From NCBI GenBank assembly GCA_965208975.1, contig CBDBQH010000001.1, forward strand, positions 580,236 to 644,235: a DNA stretch of 64,000 nucleotides. The letters run 5' to 3'. Under the pieces are notes generated by a model that saw only the letters and a list, made by a program, of their open reading frames with translations, was not told the DNA's origin and made no database searches. This document shows positions 51,263 to 60,828 of this stretch, one piece after another. The position numbers and the translations under genes are program-made. This DNA comes from Candidatus Poriferihabitaceae bacterium. GTDB taxonomy: Bacteria > Pseudomonadota > Gammaproteobacteria > Arenicellales > Poriferihabitantaceae. Every line of letters begins with the position of its first letter. Position 1 is the first letter of the stretch.

Positions 51263-53257
51263 GTGTTGCCGATGGGCATGACAGCGCCTGTTTGGCGACC
51301 TTCCAGTGAAAGAGTCCGGCAAAGTGGCCTTCATGGATTTATCCGGCAGGTAGCGACTACTCATCCACAGGTTGATGGCTATGATTCCCTCTACCGCTGG
51401 AGCATAGAGCATAGCGCCCAGTTCTGGTCGGCCTTGTGGGATTTGTCGGGTGTGGTCAGTAGCCGGAGGTATGAGCGCGTTCTGGACAATCCGACCGCCA
51501 TGCCGGGAGCCGTGTGGTTTGAAGGCGCCCGGCTGAATTTCGCTGAAAACCTGCTGCGTTTTCGGGATGATCGTCCAGCGCTGATATTCCGTAATGAAAC
51601 CGGGGCGAGCCGGGAAATGTCCTATCGACAGCTTTTCGGGGAGGTCGTTCGCTGCTCGGAATTACTGAAAGCGCTTGGAGTCAGGTCGAAAGATCGGGTG
51701 GCCGGTTATATGACCAATAGCCCGGAGACCGTAATCGCGATGCTGGCGACGGCCAGCCTGGGGGCGATATGGTCATCCTGTTCACCGGATTTCGGCGTGA
51801 GTGGGGCGCTGGAGCGCTTTGCCCAGATCCGGCCGAAAATCCTGTTTTGTGTGGATGGATACCATTATAACGGGAAGCGGTACGAGATCATGGGTTCGGT
51901 CCAGTCTGTCGCAACGCGAATTTCCTCTGTGGAAAAAGTGATCATTGTGCCGTACCTGGATTCGACTCCGGATATTCGTGGCCTGGATAATGTCCTGTTG
52001 TTCGGGGATTTCGAGACCACGTCAAAGGACATGGAATTTGTACAGTTGCCGTTCGATCATCCGCTTTACATTCTGTATTCATCCGGCACAACCGGCAGAC
52101 CGAAGTGCATTGTACATGGCGCCGGTGGAACATTGTTGCAACACGTCAAGGAGCATTGGTTGCATACCGACGTAAAGAGAGCGGATCGTCTGTTTTACTT
52201 TACGACTTGCGGCTGGATGATGTGGAACTGGCTGGTTAGCGGTCTGGCCAGTGGATGTACCCTGATTCTGTATGACGGGTCGCCATTTTATCCATCTCAT
52301 AATGCGCTGTGGAAAATGGCGGATTCGTTGAAAATTTCCATTTTTGGAGTCAGCGCCCGTTATATTTGCGCCTGTGCCAAGTCCGGTCTGTCGCCGCGGC
52401 GGGAAAATGATCTTTCAGCTCTGTGCACAATCCTGTCGACCGGGTCGCCGCTGGCGCCGGAAAGCTTTGATTACGTCTATCAGAATATCCAGTCCGATGT
52501 CATGCTTTCCTCCATTTCCGGCGGTACGGATATTGTTTCGTGTTTTGTGCTCGGCAATCCGATGCGCCCGGTATACCGGGGTGAAATTCAGGGCGCTGGC
52601 CTGGGTATGGCTGTGGATGTGTACGAAGGGGGATATGACGACCCGACCCCGCTTAAGGGGAAACGCGCGGAGCTGGTCTGCACCCGGCCCTTTCCCAGTA
52701 TGCCGTTGGGCTTCTGGAATGAAGCGGATGATAAACGCTATCATGACTCTTATTTTTCCCGTTTCCGCAATGTATGGGCGCAGGGGGATTATGCGCAAAT
52801 AACCGCCAATGACGGTTTCATCATACATGGCCGCTGTGATGCGACGCTCAATCCGGGCGGGGTGCGGATCGGCACAGCCGAAATTTATCGCCAGGTCGAA
52901 AAAACAGATGAGGTGCTCGAAAGTCTTTGTATCGCGCAAAAATGGGATGGAGATGTCCGCGTGGCGCTATTTGTGGTGTTGCGTGACGGCGTGACGTTGA
53001 CCGATCGCCTGAAGGACTCGATTCGACGAACAATCCGGGAAAATGCCTCGCCGCGCCACGTGCCGGCGATCATTATCGCCGTGCCGGATCTGCCGCGGAC
53101 GCGGAGTGGCAAGATCGTGGAGCTCGCGGTTCGTGACATGGTTCATGGGGAGCCGATCAAAAACACCGAGGCGTTAGCCAATCCCGAGTCGCTTGAATAC
53201 TTCAGGGATATAGGGGAGCTTCAAACAGATTCAGGGGAGCCGTATGCAAAAGAATGA
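51263..53257 (+). CDS. Acetoacetyl-CoA synthetase (acetoacetate--CoA ligase)
   Basis: PVWRPS N-terminus, the AMP-binding motif YSSGTTGRPKCIVHGAGG, and the C-terminal PRTRSGKIVELAVR. The exact start is uncertain (GTG 51263, ATG 51272 or ATG 51278). Confidence 0.88.
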   Translation: MLPMGMTAPVWRPSSERVRQSGLHGFIRQVATTHPQVDGYDSLYRWSIEHSAQFWSALWDLSGVVSSRRYERVLDNPTAMPGAVWFEGARLNFAENLLRFRDDRPALIFRNETGASREMSYRQLFGEVVRCSELLKALGVRSKDRVAGYMTNSPETVIAMLATASLGAIWSSCSPDFGVSGALERFAQIRPKILFCVDGYHYNGKRYEIMGSVQSVATRISSVEKVIIVPYLDSTPDIRGLDNVLLFGDFETTSKDMEFVQLPFDHPLYILYSSGTTGRPKCIVHGAGGTLLQHVKEHWLHTDVKRADRLFYFTTCGWMMWNWLVSGLASGCTLILYDGSPFYPSHNALWKMADSLKISIFGVSARYICACAKSGLSPRRENDLSALCTILSTGSPLAPESFDYVYQNIQSDVMLSSISGGTDIVSCFVLGNPMRPVYRGEIQGAGLGMAVDVYEGGYDDPTPLKGKRAELVCTRPFPSMPLGFWNEADDKRYHDSYFSRFRNVWAQGDYAQITANDGFIIHGRCDATLNPGGVRIGTAEIYRQVEKTDEVLESLCIAQKWDGDVRVALFVVLRDGVTLTDRLKDSIRRTIRENASPRHVPAIIIAVPDLPRTRSGKIVELAVRDMVHGEPIKNTEALANPESLEYFRDIGELQTDSGEPYAKE

Positions 53258-54431
53258 GGTGGTAATTGTGAGTGGGGCGCGGACAGCGGTCGGCGCTTTC
53301 GGCGGTAGCCTGAAAAATCATTCTCCCGCCGAACTCGGCGCTGCGGTGGTGTCGGAGGCGGTAAAAAGAGCGGGCATTGACGGGCAATCGGTCGGGCATG
53401 TCACAGTCGGCAACGTGATCCATACTGAACCGCATGACGCTTATATATCCAGGGTGGTAGCGCTCAATGGTGGATTGCCGCACAGTACGGTAGCGCTTAC
53501 GGTCAATCGTTTGTGTGGCAGCGGCATGCAGGCCATTGTCACCTCGGCGCAGCAGATTGAGCTGGGATTGTGCGATACGGCGCTAGCCGGAGGCGTCGAA
53601 GTGATGAGTCGGGGCGGCTATCTGGCAACCGGGGTACGCTATGGAAACCGTCTGGGGGATGGTAAATTGCAGGACATGATGCTGGCTGCCCTGCATTGCC
53701 CGATGGAGGGCTGTCACATGGGAGTCACAGCAGAAAACATTGCCGAAAAATGGGGGGTATCCCGTGATGAACAGGATCGGTTCGCGCTGACCAGCCACCG
53801 CCGGGCGCAAAACGCGATTGAGCGGGGGTATTTCAAAGACCAGATTGTGCCGATTGAACTGAAATCCCGAAAAGGGGCGACCTGGTTCTCTCAGGATGAG
53901 CATGTTCGTTTTGATTCCAGAATTGAAGATATGCAAAAGCTGAAGCCTGTGTTCAAGGAAGATGGTACGGTTACCGCCGGCAATGCCTCCGGAATCAATG
54001 ATGGCGCCGCGGCAATGGTTTTAATGAGTCGGCAACAGTGTGAGGCGCGTGGAATAAAGCCACGGGCGCGTCTGGTGAAGTATGCCTTTGCCGGGGTTGA
54101 TCCCGCCTATATGGGAATCGGGCCGGTTCCTGCGGTACGCAATCTTCTTGCGGACACGGACTTTTCTGTCCAGGATATTGATGTGTGGGAGGTCAATGAG
54201 GCCTTTGCCGCCCAGGCTATCGCGGTGGCGCGCGACCTCGACATTCCGGAGCGCAGACTGAACCCCAATGGCAGCGGTATTTCACTGGGTCATCCGATTG
54301 GCGCGACCGGCGTAATCATTGCCGAGAAAGCTGTTTCGGAGTTGGAGCGCGCCGGCGGACAGTATGCGGTAGTGACCATGTGCATTGGCGGCGGTCAGGG
54401 GATTGCCGGTCTTTTCGCCAGAGAGGCTTGA
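53244..54431 (+). CDS. Acetyl-CoA C-acetyltransferase (thiolase II)
   Basis: Active-site [11 protein letters not shown], the C-terminal [17 protein letters not shown] and CIGGGQG. Confidence 0.92.
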   Translation: MQKNEVVIVSGARTAVGAFGGSLKNHSPAELGAAVVSEAVKRAGIDGQSVGHVTVGNVIHTEPHDAYISRVVALNGGLPHSTVALTVNRLCGSGMQAIVTSAQQIELGLCDTALAGGVEVMSRGGYLATGVRYGNRLGDGKLQDMMLAALHCPMEGCHMGVTAENIAEKWGVSRDEQDRFALTSHRRAQNAIERGYFKDQIVPIELKSRKGATWFSQDEHVRFDSRIEDMQKLKPVFKEDGTVTAGNASGINDGAAAMVLMSRQQCEARGIKPRARLVKYAFAGVDPAYMGIGPVPAVRNLLADTDFSVQDIDVWEVNEAFAAQAIAVARDLDIPERRLNPNGSGISLGHPIGATGVIIAEKAVSELERAGGQYAVVTMCIGGGQGIAGLFAREA

Positions 54432-54526
54432 CGGGCGCATGGTGTGTCGTATCCATGTTGCGTCAGGCATACATATAAATATAATGAATTATGGTATCCT
54501 AACAATCAAATAACCGGAGAATTCGA

Positions 54527-54904
54527 ATGACAGAACAGAGCAGGCAGGGGCAGGACAAGTTGACGATCAGGACGGAGACGGCGACGACCGGCTCGGGTGA
54601 GGCATTTATCGTTCGTCCATGTGGCCGGGTGGACGGCAGCACGGTGAATATTCTGGATGAAGTGACCCGGGAGTGGACGGAAAGCGGGGCCGGGGTACTG
54701 ATCTTTAATTTTGAAGAGATGGAGTATATCAGCAGCGCGGGGTTGCGAATATTGCTGTTGAGCGCTCGCAAGATGCAGTCCGGGGGAGGCCGGGCATTAT
54801 TTTGCGGATTAGCGCCACATATCGTTCAGATATTCGAGATCAGTGGATTCAGCGCGATTCTGGATATACGGGAAAGTCAGGCAGACGCGCTCGCGGCGGT
54901 CTGA
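54527..54904 (+). CDS. STAS-domain protein (anti-sigma-factor antagonist family)
   Basis: 125 aa. The pattern ...EMEYISSAGLRILLLSARKM...QIFEISGF... is typical of SpoIIAA/RsbV-like STAS domains. Confidence 0.72.
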   Translation: MTEQSRQGQDKLTIRTETATTGSGEAFIVRPCGRVDGSTVNILDEVTREWTESGAGVLIFNFEEMEYISSAGLRILLLSARKMQSGGGRALFCGLAPHIVQIFEISGFSAILDIRESQADALAAV

Positions 54905-54923
54905 CCGCGCCGGCGTTGCATAA

Positions 54924-56168
54924 ATGCTGACTGAGGTGACAATAGAGGAACCTGGACACGCTTTGCGCTCAATCAGGCAGAGACGCCGGTCATGTCCGTT
55001 GCGGTTGACGATACTGGCGTTACTGTTGTTGATGACTCCGGCCGTTTTTGCCGAGACTCAACGTGAGCGGCAACAGGAGCGGCAGAAACTCCTTGTTTTT
55101 GGTCAGTCCGCGGCGCTCAGTGGCCCGGCGGCGGCTCTCGGAAGCGGTATGCGCCTGGGGCTTCTGGCGGCATTTGAGGAGGTCAATCGCGCGGGCGGAG
55201 TCAACGGTTACACACTCAGTCTGGAATCACTGGATGACCGCTATGAGCCTGAATCCGCTATCAACAACACCCGCACCCTGATCGATGAGCGCAAGGTGTT
55301 CGCCTTGATCGGCGCAGTCGGGACTCCGACATCCCTCGCCGCCCAGCCGATTTCCACTGAGGCGGGGGTGCCTTACATTGCACCGTATACGGGAGCCGAG
55401 TTCCTGCGTGACGCCCAACGGGCGCCCAACGTGGTCAATTTGCGCGCCTCCTACTATCAGGAGACCGAAGAAATGGTGGCTCGCCTCACTGAGGACCTGG
55501 GCATACAACGAGTCGGTATTTTCTATCAGGATGATTCTTTCGGGCGCGCCGGGTTGAAGGGATTGCGGGCGGCGGTAAAGCGTCGGGGCTGGGGCCTGAC
55601 TGAAGAGGTTGCATATCCCCGCAATACAGAAGCCGTCAAGGTGGCCGTGCTGGACCTGCGCCGCGCAGATGTCGACGCCGTGGTCATTATCGGCGCTTAC
55701 AAGCCAGCCGCCACGATGATACGGTGGGCGAAGCGCCTCGGCTTCGACCCTTACTTTATCAATATCTCGTTTATCGGCAGTTCTGCGCTGGCCGGGGAGC
55801 TCGGCTCTGACGGCGACGGAGTCTATGTCACCCAGGTGGTCCCTTTCCCTTTCAGTTCCGAGCTGCCGGTCATGTCAAAATATCGGGCAGCGCTGGCGCA
55901 GGTTGCCCCTCAGAGCCGACCGAGTTTCGTGTCTCTGGAGGGTTATCTGGCCGGCCGCCTGGCAGCGGAGGGGGTGCGGCTGGCAGGAGAAAACCTGACT
56001 CGACAGGGTTTCCTGCAGGCGCTCAGGGAAGCCGATCTGATTAACCTTGATGATTTTATACTTGATTACGGGGACGGAGACAATCAGGGATCGGATCGGG
56101 TTTACCTGACGCGGCTTGACGCTTTCGGGACTTTCCACCCGGTCAAAAATATGTTGTCGTTGCCATGA
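54924..56168 (+). CDS. Periplasmic substrate-binding protein (type 1 PBP, Leu/Ile/Val-binding-like)
   Basis: Signal peptide LRLTILALLLLMTPAVFA, then FGQSAALSGPAA and IGAVGTP motifs typical of LivK-like or amide/urea-type SBPs. The stop overlaps the kinase start (ATGA). Confidence 0.78.
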   Translation: MLTEVTIEEPGHALRSIRQRRRSCPLRLTILALLLLMTPAVFAETQRERQQERQKLLVFGQSAALSGPAAALGSGMRLGLLAAFEEVNRAGGVNGYTLSLESLDDRYEPESAINNTRTLIDERKVFALIGAVGTPTSLAAQPISTEAGVPYIAPYTGAEFLRDAQRAPNVVNLRASYYQETEEMVARLTEDLGIQRVGIFYQDDSFGRAGLKGLRAAVKRRGWGLTEEVAYPRNTEAVKVAVLDLRRADVDAVVIIGAYKPAATMIRWAKRLGFDPYFINISFIGSSALAGELGSDGDGVYVTQVVPFPFSSELPVMSKYRAALAQVAPQSRPSFVSLEGYLAGRLAAEGVRLAGENLTRQGFLQALREADLINLDDFILDYGDGDNQGSDRVYLTRLDAFGTFHPVKNMLSLP

Positions 56169-58504
56169 ATGATTCGAGCATTGACGCGGCGGACAGGCGA
56201 GTGGCTCAGGTAACCGAAGCGTCGGCCTTCGCTGGAATGCGGCGGGCGCCGGTTCTGGCCAGACAGAAGAAATTACTGGGTGGGGTCGGCGCCCAGATTT
56301 ACCTGATTCTGTTTGTTGGCGTGTTGCTTACTTTAAGCGCCAGCCTGGTGGCCTGGTATTCATTTCGGGAAATCCTGCGCCACGAATCCTACCTGGTGGA
56401 ATACAGCGCTCCGAACCTGCTCAATTCAGTAGAGGTGACGCGGGAGAGTTCAGCGATGGTGGGCGTGGCTTCCCGATTTCTGGTGGCTGATTCTGAGCGC
56501 GCGCATGAGACGGTGGCGTTTTCGATGGCGGAGCAGTGGGAGTTACTGGAGTCAACCATTGAGGAACTGGAGTCGCGTTCGGTGTTTGGTGAGAGCACTC
56601 AGCTGATCAGGAATCATCTGACAGAGTTGGTTGCTCATCTGGAAACGATACGGGATTCCTCCGGGAAGCGTCTGACGATCAGCCGGGTTCTGGTAAAGCA
56701 CAGTGAAGAGCTGGCCGATTTGAGTCGCAGTATTAACCGTATCCTGGTGGAGTCACTGGATAACCAGGGATTTTATCTGGTGGAAGGGATGCGTACTCTG
56801 GACGATATTGCACACCCGATCGAACAACGCGCGTCTGAGGAAGAGTTGACGATCTACCGTAATTTGACGAATTTGAACCATCAGGTCAATCTGGCCGTGT
56901 TGTTGCTTGATGAGATCATGGTGCTTTCTGATCGCCAGTTTTTGCCGCCGTTGCAGGACCGTTTTAATAGCGCTCTGGAAAACAGTCAGAGTGTTTTTGA
57001 GAAGCTGTCGGGGTTCAGTATTGACGATTTGCAAGGGAGTTCTCTTGTGCGGCAGCTCGGCAAAATATTCAGCGCGGAAGAGCAACGGCATTTCTCTCTG
57101 AGCCTGCTGGCCGATAATCTGCGGCGTCTTGGTGAGACTGGCCTGGGGGAGGAAGGTATCATTCCATTGCGGATGGAAGCGCTGCAGCGCCTGGAAAATG
57201 AGCGAAATGCGCTGGAAAAGGCGCAGACTTCGTCAACCATGCTGATCGGAGAGGTTAATAATCTGGTCTCGAAAATAAACCGGGACGCCCTGGGCGCGAG
57301 CGTCGCCTTACGCGCATCGGTGAAAGATGGAATCCTGTGGCTGGTTATCATCAATGTGGCGAGCGCGGGGGTCGCCTTGTTGTTTGCGTGGCTTTTCGTG
57401 TGGCGTTATCTGCTTCGGCGTCTGATCGATCTGGCCGGAGCGATGCATCGGATAGCGGAGGGTGACCTGAAGGTTTCGATCCGGGTCAAGGGTCATGACG
57501 AGCTCGCCGATATGGCTATGGCGCTGGAAGTGTTCAGGCAGAATGCCGAAGAAGTGGAACGACTGAATCTGGTGGAAAAGCTGGCCGAAGAACTGGATGC
57601 CCGCAATGAATCGCTGGAGCAGGCGATAAAAGATCTGCAAAAAGCCCAGGAACAGATTGTTGCTGAACAGAAACTCGCTTCATTGGGACAACTGACTGCG
57701 GGCGTTGCCCATGAAATCAAGAACCCTTTGAACTTTATCGGTAATTTCTCTATTGTCGCTGATGAGCTGGTGGCTGAGATCGAGGAATTGATCGAGGAAG
57801 AAAAAGAGGCAAATCCGGAAGCTTTCAAGGAGAGCGAGCTGACTCAGGAAATCAATTCGGTCATTGATGAAATTAAACTCAGTCTCGGCAAAATCACTGA
57901 ACACAGCAAGCGCGCCAATGGAATTGTACAGAGTATGCTTGAACATTCCCGAAGCGGCGATTCGGAAGAATATCGGCAGGTCGACCTGAACGCGCTACTC
58001 AAGCAATATGTTCAACTCGCTTATCATGCGTTACGCGCCGAAGAGCCCGATTTCAATATGGCGATAGTAGAAGACCTGGACCCGGACGCGGCGATGCTGG
58101 AAGTCGTTCCCCAGGACATATCCCGGGTATTTCTGAATCTGGCCACCAACGCTTGTCAGGCGATCAACGAGAAAACTCTCAATCCTGGAAAGGACTGGCA
58201 ACCGGAACTCAAGCTGAGCTCCCGGCGCATGGATGATCATGTTCGGTTCTGCATCCGTGATAATGGCCCCGGCATTCCGGAAAATCTGAAAAAACAGATT
58301 TTCGAGCCATTTGTGACGACCAAGCCGCCTGGCAAGGGAACCGGTCTGGGTCTTTCGTTGACTACTGATATTATATTGCGTCACGGTGGTTCTATTGATC
58401 TGGATTCCGAAGAAGGCAGTTTTACTGAAATGTGCGTTCTTTTGCCATTGGAGCGACCATCTCCGGGTGTCATTGAGCAGGATATTGCGAGCGATGGGGA
58501 TTGA
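56165..58504 (+). CDS. Sensor histidine kinase (two TM segments, large periplasmic domain, HAMP, HisKA, HATPase_c); no receiver domain
   Basis: HAMP region [36 protein letters not shown]-box [14 protein letters not shown]-box [11 protein letters not shown]1 DNGPGI, G2 GTGLGLS. Confidence 0.88.
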   Translation: MNDSSIDAADRRVAQVTEASAFAGMRRAPVLARQKKLLGGVGAQIYLILFVGVLLTLSASLVAWYSFREILRHESYLVEYSAPNLLNSVEVTRESSAMVGVASRFLVADSERAHETVAFSMAEQWELLESTIEELESRSVFGESTQLIRNHLTELVAHLETIRDSSGKRLTISRVLVKHSEELADLSRSINRILVESLDNQGFYLVEGMRTLDDIAHPIEQRASEEELTIYRNLTNLNHQVNLAVLLLDEIMVLSDRQFLPPLQDRFNSALENSQSVFEKLSGFSIDDLQGSSLVRQLGKIFSAEEQRHFSLSLLADNLRRLGETGLGEEGIIPLRMEALQRLENERNALEKAQTSSTMLIGEVNNLVSKINRDALGASVALRASVKDGILWLVIINVASAGVALLFAWLFVWRYLLRRLIDLAGAMHRIAEGDLKVSIRVKGHDELADMAMALEVFRQNAEEVERLNLVEKLAEELDARNESLEQAIKDLQKAQEQIVAEQKLASLGQLTAGVAHEIKNPLNFIGNFSIVADELVAEIEELIEEEKEANPEAFKESELTQEINSVIDEIKLSLGKITEHSKRANGIVQSMLEHSRSGDSEEYRQVDLNALLKQYVQLAYHALRAEEPDFNMAIVEDLDPDAAMLEVVPQDISRVFLNLATNACQAINEKTLNPGKDWQPELKLSSRRMDDHVRFCIRDNGPGIPENLKKQIFEPFVTTKPPGKGTGLGLSLTTDIILRHGGSIDLDSEEGSFTEMCVLLPLERPSPGVIEQDIASDGD

Positions 58505-58564
58505 TTTGCCTGGGCTACAGGACTTAAAGGTTATTAGTGAATGTTGTAAATACGGGGTTTCCTT

Positions 58565-59908
58565 ATGAATTTGATTGAAGTGGTAGATACTCAGGTTGCG
58601 GTTGGGCAGGATTTGTCATTTATTCTCAACACCTTCTCGTTTTTGATCTGGGGGGCGCTGGTGATGTGGATGTGCGCTGGCTTCACGATGCTGGAGTCAG
58701 GTTCGGTACGCACCAAGAACGCTTCGGTTATCTGCCTGAAAAATATCGGACTGTATTCCATCGCGGGATTGGCCTTCTATTTCATTGGCTACAACCTGAT
58801 GTATGTTGATGTCAATGGATGGGTTGGCAGTTTCACCTGGTTCTACGCTCCATCGGCAGATGAGGTCGCCCTGCTGGGCGGCGCTTCGGAGCGGGCCGCG
58901 GCTGTAGCGGAAAATGGCTATTCGGTCATGTCGGACTGGTTCTTCCAGATGGTGTTCGTTGCCACTGCGGCTTCCATTGTTTCTGGCGCCCTGGCCGAGA
59001 GGGTGAAACTCTGGTCTTTCTTCATGTTTACGTTGATTCTCACCGCATTTATTTATCCTCTGGTGGGGGCCTGGACATGGGGTGGAGGATGGCTCAGCGA
59101 AATGGGATTCCAGGATTTTGCAGGTTCCACCATTGTGCATTCAACGGGCGGCTGGGCAGCTTTGGCGGGCGCTCTGGTAGTCGGTCCGAGAAGAAACAAG
59201 TTCCGCTCTGACGGTAGCGTCAAATCGACCCCTCCCTCCAATGTTCCGGTAGTTACGCTGGGTGTGTTCATTCTCTGGCTCGGCTGGTTTGGCTTTAATG
59301 GCGGGTCGCAACTGGCGCTTGCCGGCGTTACTGACGCTGTAGCGATGAGTGTGGTATTGGTGAACACGAATCTGGCGGCAGCCGGAGGAGTGATTGCCGC
59401 CCTCAGCGTATCCCGTGTAGTGCTTGGCAGGGTGGATCTGATGGCTGTTCTCAATGGCGCCCTGGCCGGTCTGGTTGCAATTACAGCGGGCCCTGACATT
59501 GTCAATCATAACTGGGCGATCGCCATCGGGGTGATTGGCGGGCTTTTATGCACGGCCGGCGTAAAACTGCTGGAGCAACTGAAGATAGATGATGTGGTCG
59601 GCGCAATTCCGGCTCACCTGATTGCGGGAATATGGGGAACCCTGGCGGTATGTATCAACAAACCGGACAGTAGTCTGGTTACCCAGGTCATCGGTATCGT
59701 CACAATCGGCGTTTTTGTATTTGTTTGTTCGTACATTATCTGGGTTGCGCTGGATAAAATCATGGGCGTGAGAATATCCAGAAAAGTGGAGGAACTCGGC
59801 CAGGATGTGGCGGAGCTCGGCATTGAAGCCTATGCCGAATTTCTGATTATTCCCGACCCGGATGATAAAGATGAGGATGAGGATGACGGGTCAAAACGCA
59901 ATGCTTAA
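58565..59908 (+). CDS. amt: Ammonium transporter (Amt family) with an acidic C-terminal tail
   Basis: About 11 TM segments. FAGSTIVHSTGGWAALAGALVVGPR and the conserved twin-His region (AIPAHLIAGIWGTL). The tail is DPDDKDEDEDDGSKRNA. Confidence 0.92.
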   Translation: MNLIEVVDTQVAVGQDLSFILNTFSFLIWGALVMWMCAGFTMLESGSVRTKNASVICLKNIGLYSIAGLAFYFIGYNLMYVDVNGWVGSFTWFYAPSADEVALLGGASERAAAVAENGYSVMSDWFFQMVFVATAASIVSGALAERVKLWSFFMFTLILTAFIYPLVGAWTWGGGWLSEMGFQDFAGSTIVHSTGGWAALAGALVVGPRRNKFRSDGSVKSTPPSNVPVVTLGVFILWLGWFGFNGGSQLALAGVTDAVAMSVVLVNTNLAAAGGVIAALSVSRVVLGRVDLMAVLNGALAGLVAITAGPDIVNHNWAIAIGVIGGLLCTAGVKLLEQLKIDDVVGAIPAHLIAGIWGTLAVCINKPDSSLVTQVIGIVTIGVFVFVCSYIIWVALDKIMGVRISRKVEELGQDVAELGIEAYAEFLIIPDPDDKDEDEDDGSKRNA

Positions 59909-59962
59909 GCGGGGTGCCCGGTACGGTTGATAGCTGTTTGACAGGGGCGGGCACAGTGACGC

Positions 59963-60225
59963 GCCCTTACGCCTTCAATCACCCGGACTGATTCATCGGT
60001 GTCGAGCATATCCGCCATACATTGCAGGTGACTCGCGTAACAACCGATTTCTCCATCACCGATCGGACTACCCTCAAATTGGGGTTGCCATCGCTGCGGG
60101 ATATTGGCGCCCCGAAATGCCGGGAATCGGGTAAATGCAAGATTCTGGTCATTCAGCTGGCGCGTTATGGCATCTAGCCGCTCTTGGTCGTCCTCCAGGT
60201 CAATGACATAAATCGGCGGCTGAGT
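59963..60225 (-). pseudogene. Remnant of a glycosyltransferase family 25 gene (no start codon, C-terminus replaced by a REP element)
   Basis: The minus-strand frame reads TQPPIYVIDLEDDQERLDAITRQLNDQNLAFTRFPAFRGANI...GEIGCYASHLQCMADMLDTDESVRVIEG. This fits the GT25 N-terminal pattern (IxVINL..ER....L......F.R..A..G, then GxxGCxxSH......vlEDD). A TAG sits immediately upstream (60226-60228). Homology ends where the REP palindrome GGGCGCGTCACTGTGCCCGCCCC begins. Confidence 0.45.
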
Positions 60226-60228
60226 CTA

Positions 60229-60257
60229 TTGAAGAGTGGAGGGCTTGCCGGTATACT
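60229..60257 (+). promoter_or_regulatory. Candidate promoter TTGAAG-17 nt-TATACT for the rimP-nusA-infB operon
   Basis: TTGAAG is at 60229-60234 and TATACT at 60252-60257, with a 17-nt spacer, about 95 nt upstream of the rimP start. Confidence 0.3.
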
Positions 60258-60295
60258 TGCGGGGTGGAGTATGAGAGGTTTTTCACATGATTCAG

Positions 60296-60318
60296 ACGGG
60301 TCTTAAAGCCCGTTTTTT
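60296..60318 (+). terminator. Rho-independent terminator-like hairpin plus T6 in the rimP leader (possible attenuator)
   Basis: ACGGG-tcttaaag-CCCGT is followed directly by TTTTTT (the T-run ends at 60318). It lies between the candidate promoter and rimP. The stem is short (5 bp). Confidence 0.4.
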
Positions 60319-60352
60319 GTATGTAACAGGTAAAGACCAGGTGAACTGACCG

Positions 60353-60808
60353 TTGCGCGGCGCGATTGAAAAATTGAGAACGATGCTTGAACCATCGGTG
60401 GAAAACTTGGGATATGAACTGTTGCATATTGAACAGGGCAATCAGGGCAGTCAGAATGTGCTGCGTTTTTATATTGACGCGCCGGGCGGAATCCGGGTGG
60501 ATGACTGCGAAGCTGTGAGTCGGCAGATCGGCGCCATTCTGGATGTCGAAGAGCCACTGGACATGAAGTATCTGCTTGAGGTTTCGTCGCCGGGACTTGA
60601 CCGGCCTTTGACCAAACCGGGGCATTTCAGGAAATGTCTGGGAGATAATGTGAGAATAGTGATGCGGACCCATGTATTGGGCCGAAGACGATTTAGCGGA
60701 CGAATGGTTGAAACGAATGATGTCAACGTGGTCCTTGAAGTGGACGGTGAGAGTTACGAGTTGGTCTATGATGATATGGAAACAGCGAGACTTGAACCGG
60801 CATTTTAA
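60353..60808 (+). CDS. rimP: Ribosome maturation factor RimP
   Basis: LEPSVENLGYELLHIE...LRFYIDAPGGIRVDDCEAVSRQI...LEVSSPGLDRPL is canonical RimP. The position upstream of nusA fits. The start (TTG 60353 or the ATG 10 codons later) is uncertain. Confidence 0.88.
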   Translation: MRGAIEKLRTMLEPSVENLGYELLHIEQGNQGSQNVLRFYIDAPGGIRVDDCEAVSRQIGAILDVEEPLDMKYLLEVSSPGLDRPLTKPGHFRKCLGDNVRIVMRTHVLGRRRFSGRMVETNDVNVVLEVDGESYELVYDDMETARLEPAF

Positions 60809-60828
60809 TTTTTCAGTACCTATTAATC

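Noticed and set aside
60200-60673. A 157-aa minus-strand ORF overlapping rimP.
   Set aside because: It is antisense to a well-supported rimP and has no recognisable motif. The real minus-strand relic in this area (the GT25 fragment) is in a different frame, further left.
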